Assembly: GCA_012295275.1 (NCBI GenBank)
Contig: CM022672.1
Span: 1,426,001 to 1,490,000 of the forward strand
Direction: 5' to 3'
Length of the DNA: 64,000 nucleotides
DNA from: Chrysomallon squamiferum
Lineage: Eukaryota > Animalia > Mollusca
Shown here: positions 1 to 13,090 of the stretch, piece after piece
How the letters are laid out: each line of letters starts with the position of its first letter
Numbering within the stretch: position 1 is the first letter of the stretch
Program-made: the position numbers and the translations under genes
Notes under the pieces: model-generated
The model's database searches: none
The model's input: only the letters and a program-made list of their open reading frames with translations
Told to the model about the DNA's origin: nothing

Positions 1-867
1 GCAGTGTTAATCCGGGTAATTTAAAACTCTTCACTACATTTATTTATCTCTTAAATAAAACAACCTATTAATGCCCGATGGTGCTGGATTCGCTCTCAAC
101 TAGATGAAAGCAACTTTCCGTTCTGGTTGAAAACTTCCACATATCTGAAGGCATTAATCAATTACAGTGTCAGAGATTGTTTCACTGAGACAGAGTTGTG
201 CAACTGCTATAAGAAAAGACTGCACACGTCAAGTTAATCTTAGTTTTTGTGTGATTGAAAATTTATAACAATTCAAATTTTTTTTTTTTTCACGTGTGTA
301 CTCTGAAATGTAGTTAGAAAAAAGTAAAGTGGCAAAAACAGTCGTAAAAAGGCTAACAACAACAAATTGATGACAATAATGTTTGTGTATGTGTTATGTA
401 TGTACATTTGTTTATATATGTATGTATTTATGTTTGCATGTATATGTGTATATATATATGTGTGTGTGTATGTGTGTTTGTGTATAGATGTGTATATATT
501 TATATATATATGTATGTATACATATATTTATATATGTTTGCTTGTGTGAATGCATGCATGTATGTATGTATGTATGTATGTATGTATGTATGTATGTATG
601 TATCTGTACTTTTATAATAGTACGACATTGATTTTCGCTGCCACTGTTTGTTTGATTTACGTGGTTTTATTGTCGGAAAAGCTGACAAACAAATTACAAT
701 TGCAGTGATGACGCTATATTAGAGAGGTAAAAACACTATCAGCTGAATCGAGCTATAAATAATTCAGAAAAGCGATATTTTGTTAGCCATAGCTGTCCTT
801 TATCTCATCACATTTACATTTAATTATTCATAACTACAGAAAGAAACAAAACAACAACAGCAAACAT

Positions 868-957
868 ACAAATGTATCTCACACAAGTGACATTAGGAAA
901 CAAATCCAACAAAATTACACACAAATGTATCTCACACAAGTGACATTAGGAAACAAA
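868..957. repeat. 37-bp direct repeat (2 copies, 53-bp period)
   Basis: acaaatgtatctcacacaagtgacattaggaaacaaa at 868-904 and 921-957. Confidence 0.85.
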
Positions 958-1039
958 AGTTATAATAAATTATATGCAGTAATACTAGCAACTACAACGA
1001 CAACAGCAAAATAATAATAATAATAATTTTTATTATTAT

Positions 1040-1090
<51 letters not shown>

Positions 1091-1113
1091 CACTACTACT
1101 ACTACTACTACAC

Positions 1114-1166
<53 letters not shown>

Positions 1167-1663
1167 TACTAACCTTTAAACAATTCAAAATCAGAAGACG
1201 TTAGACATCATCGTGCATTAATGATAATCACGTTACCATGAGAATGTTATTACGTAATGTTTATTACGTCATAATATTGTAAAATTTCACTTGTAACTTG
1301 GCCGATACAGTTTTCTACAACATAGAACTGAAACAACAGTTCTGACCATTTTCAACACAAGGTGTGAGTAGTTGTAGTAGTACTATTGTTTGTTGCTGTT
1401 GTAGTTGTAGTGGCAGTCGTAGCTTGGTATTTATAATAGTACTTGTGGTAACAGAAGTAGTAATATTATTAGAAGCAGTAGCATCAACGGTAGAATAGTG
1501 GTTGTTGTAGTACTAATAGCAGTGACATTCTAGTAGCAGTATTAGTAGTAACAGTAGCAGACTAGTACTAGTAGTAGTTGATTATTAATATAGTGTTAAT
1601 AGTGGGGGGAAAAACAGTACGATCAGCAGCAGTGATAACAGTTGTAGTGATGTTGTACCGGTA

Positions 1664-1682
1664 GTGGTAATAGTGGTGGTAA

Positions 1683-1748
<66 letters not shown>

Positions 1749-2165
1749 TAGTAGTAGTAGTAGTAGTAGTAGTAATAGTAGTTATAGTAGTTGTAGTAGT
1801 AATAGTAGCAGTTGTAGTAGTAGTAGTGGTTGTTATAGTAGTAGTAGTTGTTGTAGTAGTAGTAGTAGCGGTAGTAGTAGTAGTTGTAATAGTAGTAGTA
1901 GTAGTTGTAGTAGTAATAGTAGCAGTTGTAGTAGTAGTAGTGGTTGTTATAGTAGTAGTAGTAGTTGTTGTTGTTGTAGTTGTAGTAATAGTAGTAGTAG
2001 CGGTAGTAGTAGTAGTTGTAATAGTAGTAGTATTAGTTGTAGTAGTAATAGTAGTAGTTGTAGTAATAATAGTAGCAGTAGTTGTAGTTGTAGTAGTGGT
2101 TGTTATAGTAGTAGTAGTTGTTGTTGTTGTTGTTGTAGTAGTGGTGGTAGTAGTAGTAGTAGTTG
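1664..2165. repeat. (GTA/GTT)n microsatellite
   Basis: Long imperfect GTA triplet tract; source of the spurious poly-Val ORF. Confidence 0.95.
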
Positions 2166-3149
2166 ATGTATTTGCTGTTGTAGAACAGAGCTATAAATTC
2201 TAACTACTTCACTGCCTCGACGACTCCATCGTCTGCATATTAGAAAGATCATGGACGGATGAACGCATGTGTAAATGGACAGACGGTTGGATGGATTTGC
2301 TGTGTACTTACCTAAAAGACTGAGAAGAATCGATAGCAACTTCAGAAAATTCATTGAAACTGAAATGAAATTAATAGTTATCATTTATTACCAAATGAAA
2401 GAATGATATGCGTTATCAGTTTCAGTAAAAACTACTACTACTACTACTACTACTAATACTGCTGTTAATGCTGCTATTGATGATGCTGCTACTACTACTA
2501 CAACTATAAGAACCACTTCCACTATTATTGTTCCTACTACTTCTAATACTACTACTGCTATCACTACAACTTTAACTATGATTACCACTAATATTAATAT
2601 TACCTCTACTACTACTGCGACTTTTGCCGCTGCTACTTCTACTGTTAATACTACTACTTCTACTACATACTACGACTATTATTAGTACTACTACTACTAA
2701 AACAACAACAAAAATATATATATACTACTACTGTTAAATTCGTTTGTGTAAAATATATATCTCTGACGCTGATTTTTATTTCAAGTAACAGTACTATTCG
2801 TTATACCTGAAGTATATAAAACTTTCATTCTTAGTCTTGTTATGATTTATCACAAATGTCTGTTAAATATCAATTTTGTTGTCTTCACGATATTTAATGT
2901 AGCCAACAGAAATTTAGTATAGGTGGTTTTATTGTTTTAACGAAACTAATATTATATATTTCCAATATTGTTTCGGTTTTTTTTTTCTTTAACCTTAGAT
3001 ATCCAAATTCCCAGTATCAGTATTATCAAGTGTATTATTTTTTCATTGATGTAAATGCACATTAGACCATTCTAAATAACATTAATTTCATCCTAGCTTA
3101 AATATATTAAAATTACAATAGATCATAAAACTTCGTTATTTATATTTAA

Positions 3150-3800
3150 AGTTTATAAGCCAATGTTACTACTGTTTTAATCATTAACATTATTTTATGT
3201 AAAACAGTACATTTCTACGGTATTCAAGTTATCAAAGTCATTACTATTCATTTTATGTAAAACAGTACTATTATTGTGGTATTTAAATTATAAAAATCAT
3301 TAATATTCATTTATGTAAAATGTTACTATTACTGTAGTATTTAAATTATCAAAATTATTTCCGTTTAAAAAGGCCATTTTTTTAACTATGGTATTTATAT
3401 TTTCAAAATAATTAACGTTATTTTATGTAAAATAGTACTATTACTACTGATTCAAATATCAAAGTCATTACGGTTTATTTTATGTAATATTGTGAAATTT
3501 AAAGTTTCAAAATCATTAGTATTTTTATTTTATGTAAAAGGTTACTATTACTATGGCGTTTAAATTATCAAAATATTTTCCATTTATATCAGCCAGTATT
3601 GTTACTTCAAATTTTACAAATCATTAGTTTTTATTTAACGTAATCCAGTATTATTAAACTCGTTTCAAAAACAACACTGTTTATTTTGTGTAAAATAGTA
3701 CTTTACTATGTTTTTTTAAATTATCGAAATCATTAATGTTTAAAAAAAACAACAACATTACATCACTATGGTATTTAAATTTTCAAAATTACTGTATTTT
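3150..3800. repeat. Degenerate ~58-60 bp minisatellite, about 10-11 copies
   Basis: Recurring unit like aaaatcattaa..ttttatgtaaaa.agtactattactatggtatttaaattatc. Confidence 0.75.
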
Positions 3801-4651
3801 GATTGTTCTCTATGTGTGTATGTGTATATATACATACATACATATCGATACTGTTACATAGCTTTGTTGTAGAGTTTTAAATGTCTAGTCTCAGTACTAT
3901 AAAGAATTATCCAAATATAAACATCATTAACAAAGTTCTGAATGTAAATGAACAAAATAACTAACCTTTAGTTGCTCAAGTTCTCTGATCAAAACTGTAC
4001 TCGCCACTGATCAAGAATCATCTAATCGCAGAAGACACTGACTGTAGATTTGTCAAGCATAACCAGACCGTCAATAATAATCAACAGCATGCATGCTGAA
4101 ATAACGATCCTGCTTCGTCGTTCTGGGTTTACCTGTATGAAAGGTATTTCTACTTATTTCAAAAAGATTATTAAATTATTTATTATGAAAATAAAATGTA
4201 ATAAGTTACTTAATATAAAAAAATACTTCATATAATAAGATTATTAAAATATGTATTATGGAAAAAAATGCTGAGTTACTTATTATGAAAAGATAATATA
4301 AATAAAATATTATGAAAAAAATATTAAATTACTTTTTATAAAAAAAAAAAAAAAAGGACTTATAATGAAAAGATTAAATTATGTCTTATGAAAAAAAAAA
4401 ATTTTTTTATATATTATAAAAAAAGTTATGTCAGCAATATTATATTATTTATAAGGAGAAAGTATGTTGAATAAATGATAATCATTATCTATTGTTTGAA
4501 ATTAAAACTCATTGTGGGTATTGTGTTTGGCTTTTTCTTTCATCTTTTTTTTAAATTTCTTTTTATTAATATCATTATTATTATTATTATTTTATTAGTA
4601 GTAGTATTATTACTAGTAGTAGTGTTATTGTTGTTGTTATTATTATTATTA

Positions 4652-4717
<66 letters not shown>

Positions 4718-7200
4718 ATTATTATAACTTTTGTTTATGTCCAGTGTTTACAAAATCGAATGTCAGAGATTACACTGAAATTCTCTACAGACACGACGTA
4801 CTGAGTTGTAACAAACATCAGATACAACAATATTTTATGTGAGATTATTTTCTGAATCACTGAATTTCACAATAAACTCAGCGAATTGTAAGATATTTAT
4901 TATTCTGTCAGTCGGAAGGAATGACAATAAAAGTGTATATTTACAGTTACAGAAAAACACACGGGAAAAAAACACACCCACATATAGATTAACAGAGAGG
5001 CAAAGGAATAGACAGACAGATATATGGATGTATAAATGGATAGGCAAACACTCTGAAAGGATAAATGTTTAAAAACAACACTCACTGAATCTGCAGTCAA
5101 AACTCTTTTGTAATGCGTTTTTTTCTTGCGAGAGAAATTCGCATGAGAAAAAAAAAATGTTCAAATTGCCAAGCAACGCTCATCTGCTCATACACACAGA
5201 AAGATTTATAATTTACCCTGACCAGTCTTTCCTTTATTGTTCACCATTTATCTCACACTTATTTAACAGTGAATCATATTTGTGTCTGCAGAAATAATTA
5301 GCGATCGATGATACGAATGAAATGAATGAATATATTCTTATTAACATTTATTATGTCGGTCTTAGAAATACATTGTTTTTTGTTTGTTATTGCTTTTTTG
5401 TGTGTGTGTTTTATTTTGTTTTGACTGGTGCTGTCATTCCAGTAGCGTCACTTTTCTGTTTTGCAGAAAGTGACCTTTAACAGCACCTTCTCACAGACAG
5501 GACGTATGTAAAATAATCTTTGACAAGTGATTCGCAGAGACAAAATAGCCCACCCTGAGCGACAAACCACGCCACAGGCCGCTCTTAAAGAAGAACGAAA
5601 TAACAAAGAGCAAAAACAAGCCCTCAGCAAGCTAAACTTAAACGCTGCTACGTATTTATATGCGTCTCTAGTGTGGATGTTTGTTATGGCAAAAAGCACC
5701 CCAAAAAATATTAAGACCGAAAATACTTCCTGCCTTTGTCAGTTGGTTCGATATCAGGAAAGAATTGTGTATCGCGAAGAAAGATCAGGTGTGATAACGA
5801 AGACCGTCATGGACCTGCTGAATGGAACCAGCACTGAAGGACAAACGTGTTAATTAAACGATAAAAACTAAACAAACACAACTATTTTTCTAAAATGTGG
5901 AAAAATCACGAACAGAAGTAATTTATCTTGTAATCCATCCTTCAGAAACACGGACGGCAATCATGCTATGTATTAATACTAGCGTATAAAAAAAAAATAA
6001 CAACAACAAAAAAAATTCAATATTTCCTGGTCAAGGGCGAAATATTGTGTTCAAACACATTTATTGATTTAATTATTTGTTTGTCTTCTCATCCGTTATT
6101 TCTTTCATTCATTTTTTCATTCTTAATTATTATTAGTAATAGCAAATACTTCTAATGCTATTGTAAATAATAATATTATTACTATTACAATTATTATGAA
6201 CAGACATCGCTAGCGGGATTTTAAGGGATTTGTGAGGTGGAGATTGGAATTTGTCCTCCTGTGTCAGTGCATTCACAAATATTGTCTATGTGCAGAGTCT
6301 AATCAGACGTGCATAAGACAGACAATAATCAAACATATTTATACATACATACATACATGCATACATACATACATACATACATGCATGCATACATACATAT
6401 ATACATACACACATATATACAACATACGTACATACATACATATATACATACATGCAACATACTTACATTCATATATACATACACACGTACATACATATGT
6501 ACATACAGACAGACAAACAGACAAACAGACAGACAGACACATACACACACACAAACATATATAATATATATATATATACATACATACAACATACTTATCC
6601 GTACATACAGTATACCCTCACCTGTTCGCGGTTCCCCATTCGCGGCCCCGCATATTCGCGGGTTGGGCTCTTAACCCTATCGCATCGTATGCTGGTATAC
6701 CAGGCGAGCGTCATAACGTCATAAAAACAAATGCTCGGTAAACCGCACAAACAATATCAAATTTTTTCAATTATTATTGAAATACAGTACGTATTTTTTT
6801 TATAAATGCATACACTGTATGTACAGTGCATATTTTTTGTGACCGTGTATTAATAATGTTTTTAATTGCATATTATTACTGAATTGTATTATTATTACCT
6901 GAACTGTGCGTACTGTATTTATCTGTCTGTTTGCCTTTAAATTTGTTCCACTTTCTGTCAGTTCTAATACATATATATTAAACGCATAGAAAATGACTTT
7001 ACGGTACAGTAATACTGTATGGGTAACTATGCTATGCGGTGTTACTGTCCTCCTGTACTTACGTTTCTTTCTGATTAAAATATTGTTTCAGTACAAAATT
7101 AAAATGCGTTTACATTATTATTACTACATTAGTGAAATACATAACTGCATGCAATATTACTACATTATTACTGTATTAATGAGTAAGAGTGTCTTTAGAA

Positions 7201-9634
7201 CAGGGGTGGCCAAACTTTTTTACCAGAGGGCCAAATTTGCAACTTTCTTGCCACTGGAGGGCCGGATTAAATGAAATTTACGTAAAATTTGTCGTAACTG
7301 GTTGCCATCTTTATTAAAATATATATTATTGTAGTAGAATAACAATAAATAACACCATCTTGTTTACACTTGTATTTAATAAAAGGTTTATATATCAATG
7401 AGATAAATGCAACTGTCCACAATTTTGAACAAGCCTTTTAAAGTCTGGAGTAAAACTAGTTGTCGAAACTTTCATAATTGCTTGTAAATTTGCATCTGAC
7501 AATACTGATCTGTTTTTTTACTTTGTTTGATTTAAGCATGAAAAAGTCTGTTCACAAATATAAGTTGATCCTAATATACACAGCATCCTAGCAGCAAAAC
7601 CTCGTAGATTGATAAACTTTTCAGCAGGCAAATATTTGAAAAATTCTACCAAAGGCATATTCCTAAACTTCATTTTCAGCTCATTATTAGCTTGTAGATC
7701 TATTAGTTCCAGCTGAAGAACATCAGGGGCTGTCTCAATTTCTGTACTGAAGGGTGAAACAAGTATATTAAATGATGAATCCATTAATCTGAAGTCTGAA
7801 AATCTTCTTTGGAATTCTTGTTTCAAGATGCAGAGTTGATTGCTGTATTTTTCAGCAAGTTTACTATCTACTGTTGCCTTCCTTAGCAAAAGAAAAAATG
7901 AATAAAATTACATTCTGATATCTGTTTGGCAAAAAGTGAGAGCTTTGCCTCAAAATTTTACTTTGGTGTACATATCATGCACAAATAATCCTTTTCCTTG
8001 CAATTCCAAATTTAGAGAATTGAGCTTTTCAAACATTTCAGTGGCAAACATAAAATCACAAAGCCAGTAATCATTTTTCATCTTCTCTATAAAATCACAT
8101 TTCATTTGTTTGATATCAAGGAAAAGGAGAATTTCTTCTCTTAGTTCAAAGACTCTTCTTAGAACTTTCCCATGACTAAGCCACCGAACACTATTGTGAT
8201 ATAGCACATCTTTATATTCAGTCTCAATATCATCCAGTAATGTCTTGAATTGTCTGTGTGATAATGGTCTGGATCTGAGTAGATTAACTACTTCAACTAC
8301 AGGACGTATCACATGATTAAAATCCAGAGCTGACTTGCATAAACTTTCTTGATGAATGATACAATGAAATTTCCATATTTCATGCTGAGGACAGTTTTCT
8401 TTAATCTTCTTTTTTGTAGGAGGCTAATCATGCCTTTGTTTTTCCAGTTAGAGCAGGTGCACCGTCAGTAGTGATACTCACCAATTTATTCCACGGCAGG
8501 CCAGCCTCCTCCACACACTTTATTATACATTTACACAGGTCTTCCCCCCGTAGTTGTGCCTTTTAAAGGTTCAACTGATAACAACTCCTCTGAAATTGTA
8601 AAATCTGACTTGATACCACGTATAAATATCATGAGTTGTGCAATGTCCTGAACATCATTGCTTTCATCCAGAGCTAATGAAAACCACATGAAATCAGTGC
8701 AAGCAGTGTGAAGCTGTTGGGACAAATCTTTGCTGATATCTTGTACCCTTCTCATAACTGTATTCCTTGATAGTGCAATATTCTCAAATTTATTCTGTGC
8801 TTCTGGACAAAGTATGCGTGCCGCATCCACAATGCAGTCTTTTACAAATTCTCCATCAGAAAAAGGTTTTTTGCATTGTGCAATTTTGTAACTAATATAA
8901 AAACTAGCTTCTGTTGCTGAAATGTGAATGGATTGTGTCTTTGAAAAAAGCGACTGTTGCTTTATTAGATTTTTCACCATATCAGCAGCTTTATTAACCT
9001 TTTGCTCTGTTGATAGTCCTTCACTGTATCCAGCGTGTTTTGTATTATAGTGTCTTTTCAAATTATATTGTTTAAAAACTGATATTCCCTCATTACAAAT
9101 TAAACACGCTGCTTTCCCATTTACCGCAGTGAAAAAATATTGATATGTCCATTCCTCCTTAAAAACTCGGCATTCATCATCTACTTTTCTCTTTTTCGTT
9201 GGAGACATTTTAACTGATAAGGTAGAGAAAAAAATAAAATTATTGCTGCTTCTGAGAAGAAAATCCAATGTGCATATTGTCTCTTACATGCTCAGTAAAA
9301 TACTGAAAGTCAAAGCTGGAACAATTAACTTCCTAATTTCTTACAAAGTAGGCTAGTAGGCCAAAGGGATGTGAAAAAGAGCACATACAGGCTATGTTAG
9401 CTACTTACGTCATGGTTGGCAGAATGTTCTAAAAATAACGCTGCAAGGGCATTTATTCTAAAAATAACAACGCTTGCCACAAGCTACTGCTAGTAGCAGC
9501 CAGCGCTGTTGCACTGCTTGTTCACAGTGGTAAATATGGTGCTTGGAAAAAAACAAGGCAAGGTGTTTGGCGGGCCGGATGAAACAGGACTGGGGGCCGG
9601 ATGCGGCCCGCGGGCCGTAGTTTGGCCACCACTG
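7201..9634 (-). mobile_element. hAT DNA transposon, Buster/Charlie/SPIN-type, full length
   Basis: TIRs caggggtggccaaac / gtttggccaccactg; 8-bp TSD CTTTAGAA at 7193-7200 and 9635-9642 (nnnTAnnn Buster pattern); internal transposase. Confidence 0.95.
7395..9208 (-). pseudogene. Disrupted hAT transposase (GTF2IRD2/EPM2AIP1-like)
   Basis: MSPTKKRKVDDECRVFKEEW, CLIC..NLKRHY zinc finger, FSLALDES, HCIIHQE, VRWLS, GSTYICEQTFS, ends QLHLSH*; frameshifts near 8545, 8412, 7955, 7890 and an in-frame TAA at 7518. Confidence 0.9.
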
Positions 9635-9785
9635 CTTTAGAAAGTGTTTGGGAAGCATTTAGTACCGTATATAATCTCATAATAGACGTTTTAAAACTGC
9701 ATCCAATATTCGCGGTTTTTCGCTATTCGCGGGGGGGTAAAGAACGTAACCCCCGCGAATAGCGAGGGAATACTGTATACACAAA

Positions 9786-9821
<36 letters not shown>

Positions 9822-11679
9822 TATATATATACACACACACACACATGACTGAACTAAAACTTATTGGTTTCAGTAAAAAAAAATCGGTTTCAGATGGATA
9901 GAACTTACAGAGAATCTAAACGAATCAAAGATCTGTGAACATGTAATCCATCATACGGTAACGACGTTAATTCCGTATCAACTTAGCGAATACCGTGGAA
10001 ATATATTAAAAAGTAAACGTTCTTTACAGGGCAACTATAGTCTTTTGTGTTCTTGCGTAATGCTATTCTATTTTATAACTTTGATATTTCCTCATTATGT
10101 CACTAAATCGAAATTGTTCTTTCTTCTAACTCTCTTTCAAATTGATTGATTTGAAAAGATATTTTTTTCTTTTCTTTTCTGTATTTTTCCCCTCTTCTTC
10201 TCCTCGTTAAAAACAGAGGCAGTTTCATTCAGTTCAGCAACTTCGATTGATTCCCAGAATGAAGTTTCTCAAACTAGACCAAGTTACATTATGTTGTTTT
10301 GGTAAACTTTAACCTAAAAATATATATATATATATATATACACAAACATTTTTATGAAAATATTTTACATGAGGTTGACATTTTTAACCATTTGCAGGCT
10401 TAAATATTCTTACTGTTAGTACAAACGTATGTGCATGCCCTACACACACAAACACACACATACACACAAACATACGCACGCACACACACAAACATACATA
10501 CATACATATATGTATATTCTCTCTCTCTCTCTCACACACACACACACGCACATGTGCATAAAATCAGGTCCAAAATTTTGGATATGTTCGATCATTTCCA
10601 CCTTTTATATAAAATAAAAAACCGAAACAAACAAACATCACAGCTTGTTTGATAACTGAAATTATACTTACTCTCTTTACCTAGTATCGAGATTATTATT
10701 TTATAATTCTAAAATAGATGCCTTAATACCTCAATTCCTACATTCTTTAGTTAATTACAGATGCTCTTTCATATATACGAAACCGAGAACAAAACGACAT
10801 TGATTTAACAACATTTAATATCATTCTATATTCAACAATGGACCTCGAGTATTCTTCTTCTTCTTCTTGTTCTTGGTGTATAGCATCCTATCAGCCTTTC
10901 ATCTCTGTTTTTCACATTTTATTAACATCACGTGCATGAGAAACCGTGGAAAATAGTTATCACAAGCTTTACTGTCAAACTTAATTATTTATAAAGGCTG
11001 ATCTCATATTGTGAATAAGTCTAGAGCTTGGAACTAAACAGACTGTGTCTAAAACGGTTCTGCACAACCAGATGAGACATTTTAAATAATGGACTGCATA
11101 AATTGTTTCCAGTTACTCATATTTCTTTCACAATGAAATTCAGCTCAGTAAATAATTTATCCTCTCGTTCAAAATAAAACATTCATCTGAAATATCTCGC
11201 CTAAACTGTTCGAGCCTCTGAAACCGTCTCTTATATTTCTGTTGTTTCATTTTATGGCTGTAACTGGGATTTAACATAACATCGCTCAGCCAACCATTAA
11301 GAGACTCACGCTTGGCATTCATTATTAGAGTAGATTCTATTCACCACGTTGCACTGGCTGTCTCGCTTTCTCTCTTTAACAGCCAGCGTATGCAGATTCT
11401 AGTTCAGGCGTACGTACGTACTGACTGTGTTTGATTTTTGTTTTGTTGGTAGGATTTTGGGTTCGTCTTCTTTTCTTTCTTTTTTTCCCCCTTTTTTTTT
11501 TTCTTCTTTTATTTTTAAATCAAAGATACTCTATTCTTAATTCAATTTTTGTATCAAAACGTACAGAATATGGTTGTCGAATAAGGCAGGAATAATTTTA
11601 TTTCATGTTTTGATCATATCTATGCATATATACATATACATATATGCATATATACACATATATATATCAGGTTATAACG

Positions 11680-11917
11680 AAAGTAAATATCTAGTGTTAA
11701 CGGATTAAAAGCTGTATATGTGGAATAATTTATTACGAGCTTCTAGACGATAATAAAACAGTAACAGTTGACGTATACTGCCAACACGTTTGAAAGCAGC
11801 TTTGCAGCAAAAAGTCTGTCGTTTGTTAATGAAAGGAGTCATCCTTTAGCGTGACAATGCTAGACCTCAGGCTGCACCAAAGACCCCAAAGATCTCCTAG
11901 AAATATATGCCTGGGAA
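11680..11917 (+). mobile_element. Mariner (Mos1/SETMAR-like) transposase relic
   Basis: Translates with frameshifts and a stop as GIIYYELLDDNKTVTVDVYCQH / LKAALQQK..KGVIL*RDNARP / DLLEIYAWE, matching the mariner HDNARPH catalytic region. Confidence 0.75.
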
Positions 11918-12143
11918 ATGTGTGTGTCAAAAATATACAAACAGATATCAAACACATTATATTAAATATTATAGATATCTGTTTTAGGGTAAAATGAACG
12001 TGGACACTAATATTAAAATATGGGTAAGTTTCAGTGAAAGCTTTTTCTGAGTAAGCAGGTTGCTAACATTGTATTTTTTTTTCTAAATATCGTCTGACCG
12101 TGTATATGTGTGTATGTATTCGTGCACAAAGAAGAGACGATAA

Positions 12144-12259
<116 letters not shown>

Positions 12260-13090
12260 TCAGTAAATAACTTAAGTTTTTGACAGATCATTACTCATCC
12301 AATCTCTTATAATATAAATATATAATGAACATCATGTGATGGTTGCATATAGTTAATTTCCATCAAAAAAAAGCAAGCCGTCCCGGGAAATCCCGTAGCT
12401 TTTAGTCGCTTAGCAGGTTGACCATAACATCATTCTGCTAAATGTCCTCCAGTATACTTACATTCATTCCCAAATAACAGTTGTTGTAAAGACTCAAATA
12501 TCTTTACGGTTCATTTGTTTTATTCATTTTTCATAAGGTTTTTACAAATATACTTCAGCATAAACGCACATAACCCACCCAAAAATTAAAATTAAAAATT
12601 AAAATACATTAACATATAGAAATATGCTTATATAATTAAGAAATATGTCAACATATATAATATAATATATAAAAGATAAAAAGATGTCAACATATATATA
12701 TATACAGATATACGTTACATACATATATGTACAAATATATGTAGAAAGACACACACACACACACACACACCAAAAACGTACTCTTTGTCTCTCATCCTTC
12801 CTTCCTTTTATTATAATGGCTGATTAAATGCGCTATGTAAAATAAATAATGTATTTTATAAATACGACAGATTTAATGGAATTTAAAAACAATATTTATA
12901 TATTTGTACACAGATTTACTCAACCACACACGTCCCATTTTCAGAACATGTGTATAATGATGTCACGTGTTTCAGTCACGTGTGAAACGAAATCACGTGC
13001 TCCAGCGCCACCTATCGGAAAAAAATTAAAAATAAATAAACTCTTAAGAACTTTGGTTCCTATGCAATAACGTTCATTCACTCAGTAAAT

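Larger units (their letters stand above)
6608..9775 (+). mobile_element. pogo/Tigger-like (Tc1/mariner superfamily) MITE, copy 1, interrupted by a hAT element
   Basis: TA on both flanks; TIRs cagtataccctc / gagggaatactg; CGCG-rich subterminal hairpin 9721-9764; 726 bp after removing the hAT and one TSD; near-identical inverted copy at 22467-23192. Confidence 0.9.

Noticed and set aside
367-2588. ORFs rich in V or YVCM/HTYI
   Set aside because: Translations of (TATG)n and (GTA)n microsatellites; the same applies to ORFs at 4475, 6232-6724, 18448-20381, 26684 and 30775
5448-5853. GC-richer patch with 108-aa and 83-aa ORFs and a possible acceptor at 5466
   Set aside because: No recognisable protein motif or partner exons; could be regulatory but unsupported
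6993-7274. ORF MTLRYSNTVW... also seen at 22583-22870
   Set aside because: Chance ORF inside the two non-coding MITE copies, not a duplicated gene
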